From positions 64,001 through 128,000 of the forward strand of contig CAVUHW010000020.1 in NCBI GenBank assembly GCA_963741205.1: a stretch of DNA of 64,000 nt. The letters are read 5' to 3'. Source of the DNA: Nitrospirota bacterium. Lineage in GTDB: Bacteria; Nitrospirota; UBA9217. Shown here piece by piece: positions 21,837-34,288 of the stretch (the stretch's first letter is position 1; the number at the start of each line of letters is the position of its first letter). The notes under the pieces were generated by a model that ran no database searches, was not told where the DNA came from, and worked only from the letters and a program-made list of their open reading frames with translations. The position numbers and the translations under genes are program-made.

Positions 21837-22598
21837 TTACGACTTTTCACTTTTCAGTTTGTGTTCCAGAGCCTCGGCCTGGATCCTGGTTTTGCAATTC
21901 TGGCATATGATATCAGGCGAAGAGGTCCCGCAGACGAGGCACTTTTTTTCCGGACCCGGCCTCAGCCCTTCGGACTCAAAGATCATTTCGAGAAATTCGC
22001 TTTCCCTTACATGGCCGTCCAGGTGCAGATTATCCCCGAATATCGTTTTGGGCAGTGTCGTTATGCCGTAGCGCTTAATGAGTTCAGGGAACGAGCTCGC
22101 AACGACGATGCTCGTGTTGACGAGCGCATTTTCGAGCGCAAGTCCAACGGCGGTTTCGATCACCGGCCTGCACTGGGGGCAATCGCTTTCAACAAAGACC
22201 CGAATCGACACGTCGTTTGCGAGATGCCCCAGGGTCCGTCTGATGTTGTCCGGGAACCATACTTTAGCGTCCGAGACGGCCTGTATCGTGGACAAGAGGA
22301 CATCCAGCAGCATATCCTCTATCAGGCCGTAGAACGCAACGGTCTGTCCGCCACCGCCCTCGACCACCAAGGTCGGCGCGTGCCTGACGCCGTACTGCTC
22401 CGACTTATCCCGGTCCATGACGAGATCATAAGATTCAAGGGCTATTTTTTTAGCGCGTTTTTTTATCGCGTGAGCCAGTTCCCGCATTTCGGGGCATGCC
22501 TCGCATGCAGTATCCGTTGTGAACAAAATGAGCCTGACCGGCCTTGCCAGCTCGGCCGGCATCTTCCCGACTGAAGATAAGGTCGCCTCTGAAAGCAT
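21837..22598 (-). CDS. Double thioredoxin-fold protein disulfide oxidoreductase (AhpF-NTD/PDO-like) with C-terminal Cys motif
   Basis: CEAC and CPQC in two Trx-like units; terminal CLVC...CQNC. Confidence 0.8.
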   Translation of the reverse strand: MLSEATLSSVGKMPAELARPVRLILFTTDTACEACPEMRELAHAIKKRAKKIALESYDLVMDRDKSEQYGVRHAPTLVVEGGGGQTVAFYGLIEDMLLDVLLSTIQAVSDAKVWFPDNIRRTLGHLANDVSIRVFVESDCPQCRPVIETAVGLALENALVNTSIVVASSFPELIKRYGITTLPKTIFGDNLHLDGHVRESEFLEMIFESEGLRPGPEKKCLVCGTSSPDIICQNCKTRIQAEALEHKLKSEKS

Positions 22599-22800
22599 GC
22601 ATTCACCCCTTGTGTATTTATTCTGCAAACAACAACAATTATATCAGATTCGGTCTCCCGGCAAGCGGGAGTATTACGGAGCGTAAAAGGAGAGCTATAA
22701 AATAGGACTTGAACTATATTGCATAACCTGTTATAATTATTGAATATTGTTGCAAAGGCCTGCAACTCGACAGAAGCACACTACTGCAGGAGGGGGAAAA

Positions 22801-23121
22801 GTGAAAACAGTAATGGTCCTCTCGATCATATTGGCATGCCTGGTGATTCCCCTCAGCGCCCATGCTGAGAAGGTGGGCGGCGGAGATTTGACGTTTACTC
22901 CGAAGAATGCCCTGCCGGTCGTGTTCAGCCATGAGAAACACGTGCAGGAAAAAGGCCTCAAATGCACCGGATGCCACTACCATATTTTCCAGATGGAACA
23001 GGGTTCCTACAAGATGGACATGAGCAAGATCACAAAAGGTGAATTCTGCGGGAAATGCCACAACGGTCAGAAGAGCTTCGACGTAAAGGACCCCAAAAAC
23101 TGCGCCCGCTGCCATAAGTGA
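22801..23121 (+). CDS. Triheme cytochrome c7-type protein
   Basis: Signal peptide; VFSHEKH, CTGCH, CGKCH, CARCH. Confidence 0.92.
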   Translation: MKTVMVLSIILACLVIPLSAHAEKVGGGDLTFTPKNALPVVFSHEKHVQEKGLKCTGCHYHIFQMEQGSYKMDMSKITKGEFCGKCHNGQKSFDVKDPKNCARCHK

Positions 23122-23194
23122 GCGGGGCCGTCCCGCGGGCAGCCCTCTCTCCCGTTCCGCCGCATCCGATGCGCAACGCGGCGGCCCTGTCTCC

Positions 23195-24567
23195 CTAGTC
23201 TTTCCTGATCCGGTGCTTACCGAACTTATATCTGAAAACACGCTCGCTGATTCCAAGAATCTCCGCGGCCCGCGTCTGTACTCCGCCGGACTCCTTGAGC
23301 GCATCGAGAATCAGACCGCGTTCCACGGTATCCAGCGTCTCCTTCAGACGAACCTTTCAACTTCGGTGATGGCAGTTTATCTTCGTTCATCACCGTCCGC
23401 AGGTGCAGAGGAAGGTCCGCGGCGGTGATGACGCCGCGTTTCGAGAGCACGACGGCGCGTTCTATGATATTTTCGAGCTCACGCACGTTGCCGGGATAGC
23501 TATACCGCATCAGCAGGTCCCGCGCCTCCGCAGAAAGCCCGGTGATGTTCTTGTTGTTTTCCTCGCGGTATTTCTTGATAAAAAAGTCCAGGAGACCGGG
23601 GATGTCTTCCTTGCGGTCGCGCAGAGGGGGAATCACGACGGAAACCACGTTCAAGCGGTAATACAGGTCTTCCCTGAACATTCCGTCCTTGAGCGCCTTT
23701 TCAATGTCCCGGTTCGTCGCCGCGATAATGCGCACATCGGTCTTGATGGTCTGGTTGCCGCCCACGCGTTCGAACTCCCGTTCCTGAAGCACGCGCAGGA
23801 GCTTTACCTGCATGCCCGGCGTCAGCTCTCCGATCTCGTCGAGGAACATCGTTCCTTTGTCCGCCGCCTCGAACCTCCCGATCCGTCGCGCCGTCGCCCC
23901 GGTAAAGGCCCCTTTTTCATGGCCGAACAGTTCGCTCTCCAGGAGCGTTTCGGGCAAGGGCCGCGCAGTTCACCTTGACGAGAGGAAAGTCGGCCCGCGG
24001 GCTGTGATAATGGATGGCCTTCGCAACCAGTTCCTTGCCGGTTCCGCTCTCGCCGCGGAGAAGCACCGTGGCGTTGCTCGATGCGACCCGCCCCGCCAGG
24101 TTCAGGACCTCTTCCATGGCATGGCTGGTGCTCACGATCTCGTCGAACTTGTACTTGTCCCGCAGACGCTCCTTGAGCTCCGTATTCTCGCGGATCAGGT
24201 CGCGGCGTTCGGAGACCCGTTCGATGAGCACGACGAGCTGTTCGGGATCGACTGGCTTGGCGAGGTAATCGTAGGCCCCTGCCTTGATGGCCCTCACCGC
24301 CGTTTCGATGGTCCCGAAGGCAGTCATGATGATCACTGCCATGTCGGGGTTGAGCTTGCGGGCCTCGTCCGACGTCCTGAGAGCGTCCACGCCCGGGATA
24401 TTGCAATCCGTGAGGAAGACATCGTACCGTTCCCGCTTTATGGCCTGGACGGCATCCTGCACGGTCCCTACCGCCAGCACATCGTACCCTTTCAGGCTGA
24501 GGTACTGTTCCAGGCGCTGGCGCTCCGGCGCCTCGTCGTCCATGATGAGAATCCTGGCTTCCTGCAT
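23195..24567 (-). CDS. Sigma-54-dependent response regulator (NtrC/AtoC family; split by indels)
   Basis: Receiver domain; [43 protein letters not shown]; Fis-type HTH. Confidence 0.93.
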
Positions 24568-24643
24568 GTATTCCTCTTTATGTGGACCAAGGCAACCGCG
24601 TTGCCGTGATTCACGCCATCACGGATGGCTCGGTCCATATGGC

Positions 24644-25591
24644 TTACTTGCTCAATCTTTCATACAGGTCCAGCACGATCCCTTCCCGCAGCCCCCAATC
24701 GCTCACGAGCATCGAGGTGCGACGGAATCGCGCCATGATCTCCTGGGCAATCACGGCGCCGGCAATGATGATGTCTTCCCGTCCCGGATCAAGCCCCCGC
24801 ACTGTTTTCCGTTCTTCCCGCGTAAGCCTGCTTAGTTTGCGGACCATGTCGTCGACATCTTCGCGCGTCAGCGTGCAGCCGTTGATCCTGACGGGATCGT
24901 ACGTCTCAAGCCCTAGTTTGATCGAGGCAAGCGTCGTAATGGTACCGGCGGCGCCGATGAAAAGACCCGACAGCGAGCTCCGTAGTTCACGGAAGCGCAT
25001 GTCCAGCTCCCCCCTGATGAGTGCCCTCATACGGACAAGATCGTCTTCGGACGGCGGATCGTGTTTTATGAAACGTTCCGTCAGGTACACTGCCCCCAGC
25101 GGCAGACTGGCGATCCGGGGTCCCCGTCCCTGCTGTCGACGATGACCTCCGTGCTGCCCCCTCCGATATCAATGATCATGGAGGCCTCGGGTGAAAGCCC
25201 ACTGGCGCTGCCGGCGCCCCTCAGGGAGCACATCACGCCCCGCAGAGTGAGGAGCGCCTCCTCTTCGCCGGAGATCACCCGGATATCGAGGCCGGTCTTC
25301 TCACTGACCGTACCGACGAATTCCCGGGTGTTCGACGCATTCCGGAGGGCGCTCGTGCCGACTGCGGCGACACGCCTGAACGCCGTGCCGGCGGATGCTG
25401 CCGGAGAAATCAAGAAGGGCATTCACGGAACGCTGCGCGGCTTCAGAGTCTATCATGCCCGAGCGGGCTAGGCCTTGTCCCAGACGGGTAATTCTCCGGT
25501 CGGAGTAGAGTTCCCGAACAGCGTCCCAACCGGTTTCAGCAATGAGCAGACGAAGCGAATTGGTTCCGATATCGATCCCCGCAAGGATCAC
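24644..25591 (-). CDS. ppx: Ppx/GppA family phosphatase (split by indels)
   Basis: AGIDIGTNSLRL, ISGEEEA, IIDIGGGSTE, GLREG. Confidence 0.88.
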
Positions 25592-26041
25592 GACAGGAGG
25601 AGGTCCTTCAGCTTATCGCTGTAGGCCTTGATGCGCAGAGCCAGAAGTTTCGATATGGTGATGAGAAGACGGGACGCGGTACGGGGATCCAGCTCAAGCA
25701 GGGCGTAAAAATCCTTGCGGGTAAGCAGTAAGAGCTCAACGGCCGTGTCGGCCCTCGCGTTTACCAGCCTGACGTCCTCCTGGACAAGCGCAAGCTCGCC
25801 GAAGAATTCTCCCGGCTTGAGCACCAGTAGTCCTATTTCCTCCCCTTCTCCGGCCATCACGGTGATCTTGACGGCACCGCTTTTCACGATGAAGAGTGCC
25901 TCCGCCGGCATCTTTTCCGTGAAGATGTTGGCATTGGGCTTGATCTCTCGTTCCTGAAACAGTTCCAGAGCGAGTTCAAGCTCATCCTCGGTACACGCCT
26001 TTGAAGAGCAGCGTTTTTTTTAGAAGTTCCAGATTGGTCAT
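25588..26041 (-). CDS. Cyclic nucleotide-binding domain protein
   Basis: LFIVKSGAVKI...PGEFFGELAL...ARADT; N-terminus recovered across an indel. Confidence 0.85.
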
Positions 26042-26161
26042 GAGATGTCCGTCAGCACGGGCTGGAAAAGCCTTCGAGTGCGTTCGTATTCATTATAGGT
26101 TGACCTATTTTATTTGTCAAGAATCAACGAGGGATAGGATTAGGACGGTAAGGGTTCAGGA

Positions 26162-27380
26162 CTACGGGATGGTCTCTTTCACGAGTTCAACAAGGGAATT
26201 GACGATGCTTCTTGCGACTTCGGATTTTGGCATAGTCGGCAGTTCTTGCCTTCTTCCGGAGCGGTCGAAGATCGTCACCGCGTTCGTGTCGGTCCCGAAG
26301 CCCGATCCGTCCCTGAGAAGATCATTCACGACGACCATATCGAGGTTTTTGTCCTTCAACTTTTTCAGCGCGTTCAGTTCTATATCGTCCGTTTCCGCTG
26401 CAAAGCCGACCAGAAGTTGTTTCCCTCCGCGTTCACCCAGCTCCCGCAGAATATCGTGGGTCCGTTCGAGCTGCAGAGCTTCGGCGGCCTCCTCTTTCTT
26501 GATTTTTCTCGCTGACGGCCGGCTCGGTTTGAAATCGGAAACGGCCGCGGCCATGATGACGATATCGCTGTGGCTGTACTGTTTGAGGACCGCTGTGCGC
26601 ATTTCATCGGCGCTGACAACGGAAACGACCGTTACGCCAAACGGCGCGGCGAGCTGGGTCGGCCCCGAAATCAGCACGACGTCGGCCCCCCGTTCCCGCG
26701 CAGCGGCGGCCAGGGCATAGCCCATTTTCCCGGTGGAGGCATTGCTGATGAACCGGACCGCATCGATGGCTTCGCGGGTCGGGCCCGCCGTCACAAGCAC
26801 CGTCCGGCCTGAAAGGTCTCTTGAAAGGAACAACGAGGAGAGTTCCCCGACGATCCGGTCCGTTTCGGCGAGACGCCCCTGCCCCGTCACGCCGCAGGCG
26901 AGGCTCCCGGTCCCGGGTTCGATGAACCGCACCCCCAGCTCCTTCAGGGCGGCGATATTCCTTTGCAGAACGGGGTTGCAGTACATCCGGTCGTTCATGG
27001 CGGGCGCTATGAGGAGAGGACAGCCGAGCGCCATGAGTGCCGAAGTCAATGAATCATCGGCGATTCCCGAGGCGATCTTGCCGATGATATTGGCCGTCGC
27101 AGGCGCGATAAGAGCGGCATCGAGGCCCGTTGGTGGCCTCGATATGCCCGATGGAGGTCCGTTCCGCATTTACAAACTCATCGCACAGCACCGGAAGCCC
27201 GGAAAGCGTTTCGAAGGTCAGACGTGATACGAACCGGGCGGCGTGTTTCGTCATGGCCACGCGGACCTCGGCGCCGCGCTCGCTGAGCCGGCGCAGAATA
27301 TCCGCCGCCTTGTATGCGGCGATGCTGCCCGTCACGCCGAGCAGGATCCGCTTCCCCGATAGCACGTCGCGCTGTTCCAC
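26162..27380 (-). CDS. coaBC: Bifunctional phosphopantothenoylcysteine decarboxylase/synthase (split)
   Basis: ILLGVTGSIAAYKA, APATAN, APAMN, VTAGPTREAIDAVRFISNASTGKMG, GFAAET. Confidence 0.95.
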
Positions 27381-27385
27381 TGCCG

Positions 27386-27806
27386 TTATTCCTCGGTCTC
27401 TTCCGTCTCTTCGGTCTCGGCTTCCTCGCCGGCTTCTTCTGCGCCTGCTTCCTCGCCGGCGGGCTTCTTCTCCGCCCTCTTCCTCCTGCGTCTCGGAAAG
27501 ATAGGCGCTCAGTTCCTTGCGGATCTCTTCTTCCTTGGCAGAAAGCTGCTCTTCGAGTTTCGCCCGCTCTTCCTGCTTGCGGAACTCCTCCTTGGCTTTA
27601 ATCGCCTCTTCGCCGACGACGATCTTGAAGCTTCCCGCGACAGCCTCCTCGAGGGCGATCGTCGTGTCCTTGATGGACCGCGTCATGACCACCGGCGGAG
27701 CCCCGGCGGAGAGCTGCCGCACCCGTTGCGATGCGATATGCACCAGGCGAAACTTCGTATCGGCGATCTTGTCGTTCATTTCGATGGGGAGAGAAATCAG
27801 ATCCAT
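27386..27806 (-). CDS. rpoZ: RNA polymerase omega subunit with long acidic tail
   Basis: KFRLVHIASQRVRQL...TTIALEE; lies between gmk and coaBC. Confidence 0.88.
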
Positions 27807-27856
27807 TGCTGCTTTTAGCATCATACACCTCCTGGTTAATTCGATTGTTATTTCAG

Positions 27857-28469
27857 TTAAATCATTTCCTCAATCCAGCCCGTGTCCGCCAGCCGCGTCC
27901 TGCACCGTTCGGCGATCACGATTGATCTGAGCTCGGACAGCGCACGGTCGAAATCGCGGTTGACGATGAGATAGTCGTACATCCTGAAATCCTTGATCTC
28001 ATCCCGCGCCCGGCGCATCCTTTTTTTTATCTCCTCTTCATGGTCGGACTTGCGGTTCCGCAGCCGTTCTTCCAGGATGTCAAGCGACGGCGGCATGATG
28101 AAGATGAACACGGCTGTGTCTTATATTTCGATTTGATCTGCTTTGCGCCCTGCGTATCGATATCGAGTATGATATCGAGGCCCTTTTCCGATCATATCGT
28201 CGATAACGCGGCGCGACGTCCCATACAGGTTGGAATGGACCTCCGCCCATTCCGCGAAATCACCGGCCTTGACCATCTCCTGGAACCGTTCCGGGCTGAC
28301 GAAGTGGTAGTCCCTCCCGTCGATCTCGCCGGGCCGGGGCTTGCGCGTGGCATAGGAGATGGAATGCGTCAGATTTTCCAGCGAGTCGGTGACCGCCCTG
28401 CACAGGCTCGTCTTGCCGGCGCCCGACGGCGCCGAAACCACGAACAGCAGTCCCTCGTTTTCTTTTCAC
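27857..28469 (-). CDS. gmk: Guanylate kinase (split)
   Basis: VSAPSGAGKTS, TRKPRPGEIDGRDYHFV, FIFIMPPS. Confidence 0.96.
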
Positions 28470-28472
28470 TGT

Positions 28473-28736
28473 TCACCTCGTGCCGGTGAATCTCTGCATC
28501 AGGGTCTCCACCTGCACGGCGGAGAGGATGACATGGTCGCTGTCGGTAATGATGATCGCGCGGGTTTTTCTTCCCTGTGTGGCGTCGATCAGCATCTTCT
28601 GCTCCTTTGCTTCTTCCTTCAGCCGGCGCATGGGCGCCGAGTCGGGCGAAAGGACCGCCACGACCTTGGACGCCATGACCATGTTGCCGTACCCGATATT
28701 GACGGGGGTATGATAGTTACCTTCAAAAATTGACAT
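28473..28736 (-). CDS. remA: DUF370/RemA family protein
   Basis: [42 protein letters not shown]; yicC-remA-gmk synteny. Confidence 0.92.
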   Translation of the reverse strand: MSIFEGNYHTPVNIGYGNMVMASKVVAVLSPDSAPMRRLKEEAKEQKMLIDATQGRKTRAIIITDSDHVILSAVQVETLMQRFTGTR

Positions 28737-28833
28737 GTTCGCTAAAGTATTGCTGGTTGCGCATTACGAGTTACGTGTTTTAAACCCGCAACCCGCGTTG
28801 GCTGCGGCCTCTGGCCGCGCCATGCAGCAAACG

Positions 28834-29714
28834 TCACTCGATGTTCTGGACCTGCTCCCGGACCTTCTCCAGTTCGGCCTTGATATGAACAACATCCAGG
28901 GAAATCTCCGCGTCCATGGCCTTGGAAGCGATGGTGTTCGTCTCCCGCCCCATTTCCTGGATCAGAAAGTCGAGTTTCCTGCCGACGCCTTCGCGTGAAG
29001 GTCGGCAAGCAGGGCGCGAAATTGTGATCATGTGGCTGCCCAGCCTGGTCAGTTCCTCGGTCACGTCGGTGCGCTCCGCGAGTATCGCGATCTCCTGGGC
29101 CACCCTGACGGGATCGGGCTGTTCGTTCAGCAGCCTGCCCAGGGTTTCGGTCATTCTCTTCCGGGCGAGCTCGACCGTTGCCGGGGCCTTGATCCGGATC
29201 GTTGCGATCAGCCCCTCGATGGTCTCGAGCCGGGCAAGAATGTCACCGGCCAAGAGCCGCGCCTTCCTCTCCGCGCATCCGGTCAAGTTCGTCAGGGCCT
29301 GCGTGAGGCCGCCGGAGAGGACCTGCCACAACGCTTCCGGATCTTCTTTGGTCTCGGCTACGACGACGATGTCCTGAAATCCCGCGACCATCGAGAGTTC
29401 CACCTCGCCGCCCAGCCCGAACCGTGACTTCAGGTCCCTCAGTGCCTCGATATACTGCCCGGCCAGCGTTTCATTCACGACGAGCCTGCCTGTTCTTTCG
29501 TGGTCCCCGTTCCGGGTGATGAAAACATCGAAACGCCCGCGGGAAAAACGCTCCTGCACGCTTTTCTTTACCGGGTCTCCAGCCCGCAAGCGCCCGCGGG
29601 CGACTTGACCTGAATATCAAGGTACCGGTTGTTGAGCGAGCGGATTTCGACGGTGAAACGGGCATCCGCCTCGCTCACTTCCTTCCGCCCGTATCCCGTC
29701 ATACTGCGTATCAT
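28834..29714 (-). CDS. yicC: YicC/YloC family endoribonuclease (split)
   Basis: MIRSMTGYG, DVTEELTRL, GRKLDFLIQEMGRETNTIASK, EKVREQVQNIE. Confidence 0.94.
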
Positions 29715-29786
29715 CGGTTGCTTCGCCTTTCACCAGCCCACTGATACACTTCGGGCATCTCTGGCATCAAACGGTCGTCGCGTCTG

Positions 29787-30188
29787 TTTAAAACTTTCTT
29801 GAATAGTTCTCTTGGATGACCGGTTCGAAATGAAAACTTCGTCGTGACGGCGGATAGACGTCAAAAAAAAATGTACCGTCGACATCCCACTGGGTGCTGA
29901 TCTTCATCCGTGCTGGTTTTCATCGTCGCGCTGACAATATGAAATCTTCCGGTCCGAGCGGAAGGTCGAGTTCCTTTGCCTTCTTCACAAGGTCCCCAGG
30001 ATATCCTCATCCTTCAGCTTCTGGGCCAGGCCGGCCTTCACCGCCATTTCATCCTTCATCCGTTCCGCATCCATGTACATGGGAACCAATTTGATGGCCG
30101 ACATGCACAACGACGAACAGCAGCAAAAGAACAAAAAGGGCCTTCAAACTGATCAGCCCTTTTCCGTGAAAAGGATTGATGTGCTCAT
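29787..30188 (-). CDS. DUF4845-like membrane protein downstream of lepB (heavily frameshifted)
   Basis: Reconstructed MSTSILFTEKGLISLKALFVLLLLF...IKLVPMYMDAERMKDEM; position matches the lepB-DUF4845 arrangement. Confidence 0.55.
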
Positions 30189-30202
30189 CTTCCTCCCTTC
30201 TC

Positions 30203-30910
30203 TTACCGGATCAGTGTCCCGATCCGCTCCCACCGCACCCAGCGGCCGTCTCCGTCCCAGGACCAGTAGATGATAAGCGCCCTGCCGAGGATCTTGTTAT
30301 AGTTGACGAATCCCCACACCCGGCTGTCCTGGCTGTTGTCGCGATTGTCGCCCATCACAAAGACCGAATCTTTCGGCACGAGTATCGGGCCGAAATTATA
30401 GCCCGACTGGTCGTGAAGATACAGGATCTTGTGCTTGACGGTCCCCGAGCTGTTCTTCAAGGAGCCTCGGTTTCGGATAGTAGGGAGAACCCGCCCCCTG
30501 GTCCTCCCCTCGTAGACTCCCAGGTCGGTCACCGGCACCGGCTGGTCGTTGATGAACAGTTTTCCGTTCTTGATTTCGATTTTGTCCCCCGGCAGGCCTA
30601 CCACGCGCTTGATGAAATTCTTTGTCTCGTTCTCCGGATACTTGAATACGATTATATCGCCGCGTTTCGGCTCTTTCCAGGCAAAGATCCTGGTATCGGT
30701 AAACGGGATCCGCGGGCCGTAGATGAATTTGTTCACGAGCAGGTGGTCGCCGATCGTCAGCGTCGGGATCATGGAGCCCGAGGGGATCTTGAACGCCTCC
30801 ACGACGAACTGCCTGATGAACAGGGCCACCACGGCTGCGATGAGAAATGGCTCTATCCATTCCTTGTAAAATGATTTCTTCTTCTGTGTTTCCTGCTGTG
30901 TTTCAGACAT
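30203..30910 (-). CDS. lepB: Signal peptidase I
   Basis: AFKIPSGSMIPTL, FIKRVVGLPGD, MGDNRDNSQDSRVWG. Confidence 0.97.
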   Translation of the reverse strand: MSETQQETQKKKSFYKEWIEPFLIAAVVALFIRQFVVEAFKIPSGSMIPTLTIGDHLLVNKFIYGPRIPFTDTRIFAWKEPKRGDIIVFKYPENETKNFIKRVVGLPGDKIEIKNGKLFINDQPVPVTDLGVYEGRTRGRVLPTIRNRGSLKNSSGTVKHKILYLHDQSGYNFGPILVPKDSVFVMGDNRDNSQDSRVWGFVNYNKILGRALIIYWSWDGDGRWVRWERIGTLIR

Positions 30911-31032
30911 CCTACCTCCAGCCATTGCGCAGATGCGCAATGGATTGTAAATTTAAAATTGCAAATTGGAATCTTTCTCGTCAATTTCCAATCTTCCATT
31001 TTCAATTTCCAATTTTCAATAATATTTTAAGT

Positions 31033-32845
31033 CTACTCCCCCACCTTGAGCACGGCGAGGAACGCCTCCTGGGGCAGTTCCACGCTCCCGACCTGTTTCA
31101 TCCGTTTCTTGCCTTCCTTCTGTTTTTCGAGAAGCTTCCGTTTTCTGGTGATGTCGCCGCCGTAGCATTTCGCGGTCACGTCCTTGCGGAGCGCCTTGAC
31201 CGTCTCGCGCGCGATGATCTTGGCGCCGATCGCCGCCTGGATGACCACCTCGTAGAGCTGCCGCGGGATCACTTCCTTGAGCTTTTCCGCAAGCTGCCTG
31301 CCGCGGACCGCGGCCTTGTCCCGGTGCGTGATGAGCGAAAGCGCATCGACCGGCTCGCCGTTCAAGAGCATGTCGAGCTTCACGAGGTCGGATTCGACAT
31401 AACCCGACAGCTCATAGTCGAGCGAGGCATATCCTTTGGTCAGGGATTTCAGTTTGTCGTAGAAGTCCATCACGATCTCGTTCAGCGGAAGCTCATAGCT
31501 CAGGAGCACCCGGTCCTTGGTGATATAGGTGATCTCCTTCTGAACGCCCCGCCGTTCCTGGCACAGGGCGATGAGCGATCCCACATACTGCTCCGGCGTG
31601 ATGAGCGAGGCCATGATCATGGGTTCCTCGATACGCTGGATGTCCTGGATATCCGGCAGCTTGGCCGGATTGTCCACCATCACGATCTCGCCGTTGTTCT
31701 TGGTCACCCGGTAGACCACCGTCGGGGCTGTCGGGATGAGATCAAGCTTGAACTCCCGCTCGAGCCGCTCCTTCACGATGTCCATGTGCAGCAGCCCCAG
31801 AAAACCGCAGCGGAACCCGAATCCGAGGGCAAGCGACGTTTCCGGCTCATAGGTGAACGATGAGTCGTTCAACCGCAGTTTTTCGAGGGCGTCGCGCAGG
31901 TCCGCATAGTCCTCGCTGTCCACCGGGTAAATGCCGGCGAAGACCATCGGTTTCACGTCTTTGTAACCGGGGAGCGGGGCCTCGGCCGGGCGGTCGGCGT
32001 CCATGATCGTATCGCCGATCTTGGCGTCCGACACCCGCTTGATGCCGGCGATGATGCACCCCACATCGCCCTGCGACAGTTCCGACGTCGGCTGCATCTT
32101 GGGAGTGAACACGCCCGACGGACTGCACTTCATAGACGGCGGAGTTCGAGTACAGCCTGATCTTCTGCTTCGGCCGCACGGTCCCGTCCACCACCCGTAC
32201 GAGAATGACAACGCCCTGATAGGTGTCGTACCAGGAATCGAACAGGAGCGCCCGAAGCGGCGCATCGGCGTTTCCCGCGGGCGAAGGAATGTGTTTCACC
32301 ACCGCTTCGAGGATCTCTTTCGTGCCGATGCCTTCCTTGGCGGAGGCAGGGATGGCCCCTGAAGCATCCAGCCCGACCACTTCCTCGATCTGCCTCTTCA
32401 CCTCTTCGATGTTCGCGCTCGGCAGGTCGATCTTGTTGATCACCGGGATGATCTCGAGATTATGGTCGATCGCCAGGTAGGCGTTGGCCAGCGTCTGCGC
32501 TTCCACCCCCTGCGAAGCGTCCACCACGAGGAGCGCGCCTTCGCAGGCTGCCATGCTGCGGGAGACCTCATAGGTAAAATCGACATGTCCAGGCGTATCG
32601 ATCAGATTCAGGATATAATCCTGGCCGTCCGACGCCTTGTACCGGAGACGAACGGCGTGGGCCTTGATGGTAATGCCCCGCTCCCGCTCGAGGTCCATGT
32701 CGTCCAGGACCTGGTCGGTGCCTGCTGCGGCCATTTCCCGGTCGGAAAGCGCTCCCGTGTATTCGAGAATCCTGTCGGCGAGTGTCGATTTGCCGTGATC
32801 GATATGGGCAATAATGCAGAAGTTTCTGATATTCGCGCTTGCCAT
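31033..32845 (-). CDS. lepA: Elongation factor 4 (split)
   Basis: [56 protein letters not shown]. Confidence 0.98.
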
Positions 32846-32907
32846 ACTGTCCTGAGATACCACAATTCCAAATCACCAAATCACAGATAAATTCCCAATT
32901 CAAAAAA

Positions 32908-33944
32908 TCAGTGTCCAAAATGTTCTGGAATTTCGAATTCTGATGCCTGGAGCTTATTCGTTATTCTGTTGCTTGAATCTCCGGTGCTGATTTTCACTCC
33001 TCTCATTCCGATATTCTGCAGCGCAGCCGCCGCTGCGCCTACCGTTCCTGCATCGTCTCCAAGACGGGATGGGACGATCTCCGTCCGCGCCGCAGGGACT
33101 TCGAAGGCCCGCTTCCTGATTTCATCGCGTGTGGCGTCAATAAACAGCGGCCAGGCATCCTTTACTCCGCCGCCGATCACGATCATTTCGGGATTAAAAA
33201 TATTGATCAGGTTCGCGATGCCGATGCCGAGCATGCGCCCCATGCCCTGCATGACCTCCACCGCGTCGGCCTCGCCTTTTCGCGCGGCTTCATAGATCTG
33301 CTCTGACGTAATCTCTTTGAGAGAAGTCGAGGCGTGCGCCCTGCGATTCCCGGTAGCTCTGCACGATGCCTCGCGCAGAAGCGTACATTTCCAGGCAGCC
33401 GGTGTTGCCGCACCCGCAACGCCTGCCGTCAGGGATGATCGTCATGTGGCCGATCTCTCCCGCCATCCCGTCAGCGCCCTGCCATATTTGATTATTCAGT
33501 ACAATCCCTCCGCCCACGCCGGTTCCGAGCGTCAATCAGGATCATGCTCCTGATGCCGTGCCCTGCGCCTCGCCACTGCTCTCCCAGCGCCGCGGCATTG
33601 GCGTCGTTTTCAATAGTGACCGGCAGGTTAAGCGCCTTCTCCAGCTCATCCTTGATCGGCAAGTTGTTCCAGTCCGGGAAATTGGGCGACTTCACCACGA
33701 TTCCGCGGTCTCCCTGAATGACGCCGGGGGCGCCGACTCCGACGGCCGTTACGGTCAATCCCTTCCTGCCTGCGAATTCCTGCTGACCTTTGATATTCTC
33801 GATAAGCCGCGCGACCACTTTTTTCCAACCGTCGGCCGCGTGTGTGGGTTCTTTGTGCTTGTTCAGGATGTCGCCATCGGGACTCAAAAGAGCCGTCCTC
33901 AAGTTTGTCCCGCCGAGGTCCACCCCGATAACAACACAACCCAC
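32908..33944 (-). CDS. glk: ROK family glucokinase (split)
   Basis: GVDLGGTN, ENDANAAALGE, TLGTGVGGG, GEIGH, CGCGNTGCLE. Confidence 0.9.
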
Positions 33945-34103
33945 GCCTGGCCTCCTAACTACCGAAAATATATAGATTATACGAAAGATGAATATACTAT
34001 CATACTGATGATGAAATGTAAATATTTTTATTAACAATCAAGGTGTCCATTATTGTCTTGCTAGGCGGGGCGACCCCGTAGTGGCTGGTCAAAAAGCACG
34101 GGA

Positions 34104-34168
34104 ACACCCTGCATTCGCGCAAGCACACCCTGCATTCGCGCAAGCACTCATAACCGCTGGGTGCAGGC
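34104..34168 (+). repeat. Dispersed ~45-bp element, copy A (left 21 bp tandemly duplicated)
   Basis: ACACCCTGCATTCGCGCAAGC x2 followed by ACTCATAACCGCTGGGTGCAGGC. Confidence 0.85.
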
Positions 34169-34288
34169 ATGGTTCTAGTGTGGTTTGTGAGTGGTGGGGG
34201 GGGGGCGGGGGGGGGGGGGGGGAGGTTGGGGGGTGGGGGAGATTCGTTCTCGCTCCAAATTTTGCTTTTTGTCATGCCGGGATGTATA

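Noticed and set aside
27054-27824. RpoZ-CoaBC fusion ORF
   Set aside because: Produced by an indel in the acidic tail; a normal stop (27386) and GTG start (27380) exist.
30847-31863. Long antisense ORFs (e.g. 30847-31863, 4359-5237, 60976-62013, 21765-22574)
   Set aside because: Shadow ORFs opposite well-supported GC-rich genes, with no motifs of their own.
34193-34240. Long poly-G tract upstream of PBP1A (G-quadruplex, phase variation or Gly-rich N-terminus)
   Set aside because: Most likely a base-calling collapse of a G-rich repeat in an error-prone assembly; PBP1A plausibly starts at 34289 or 34298.
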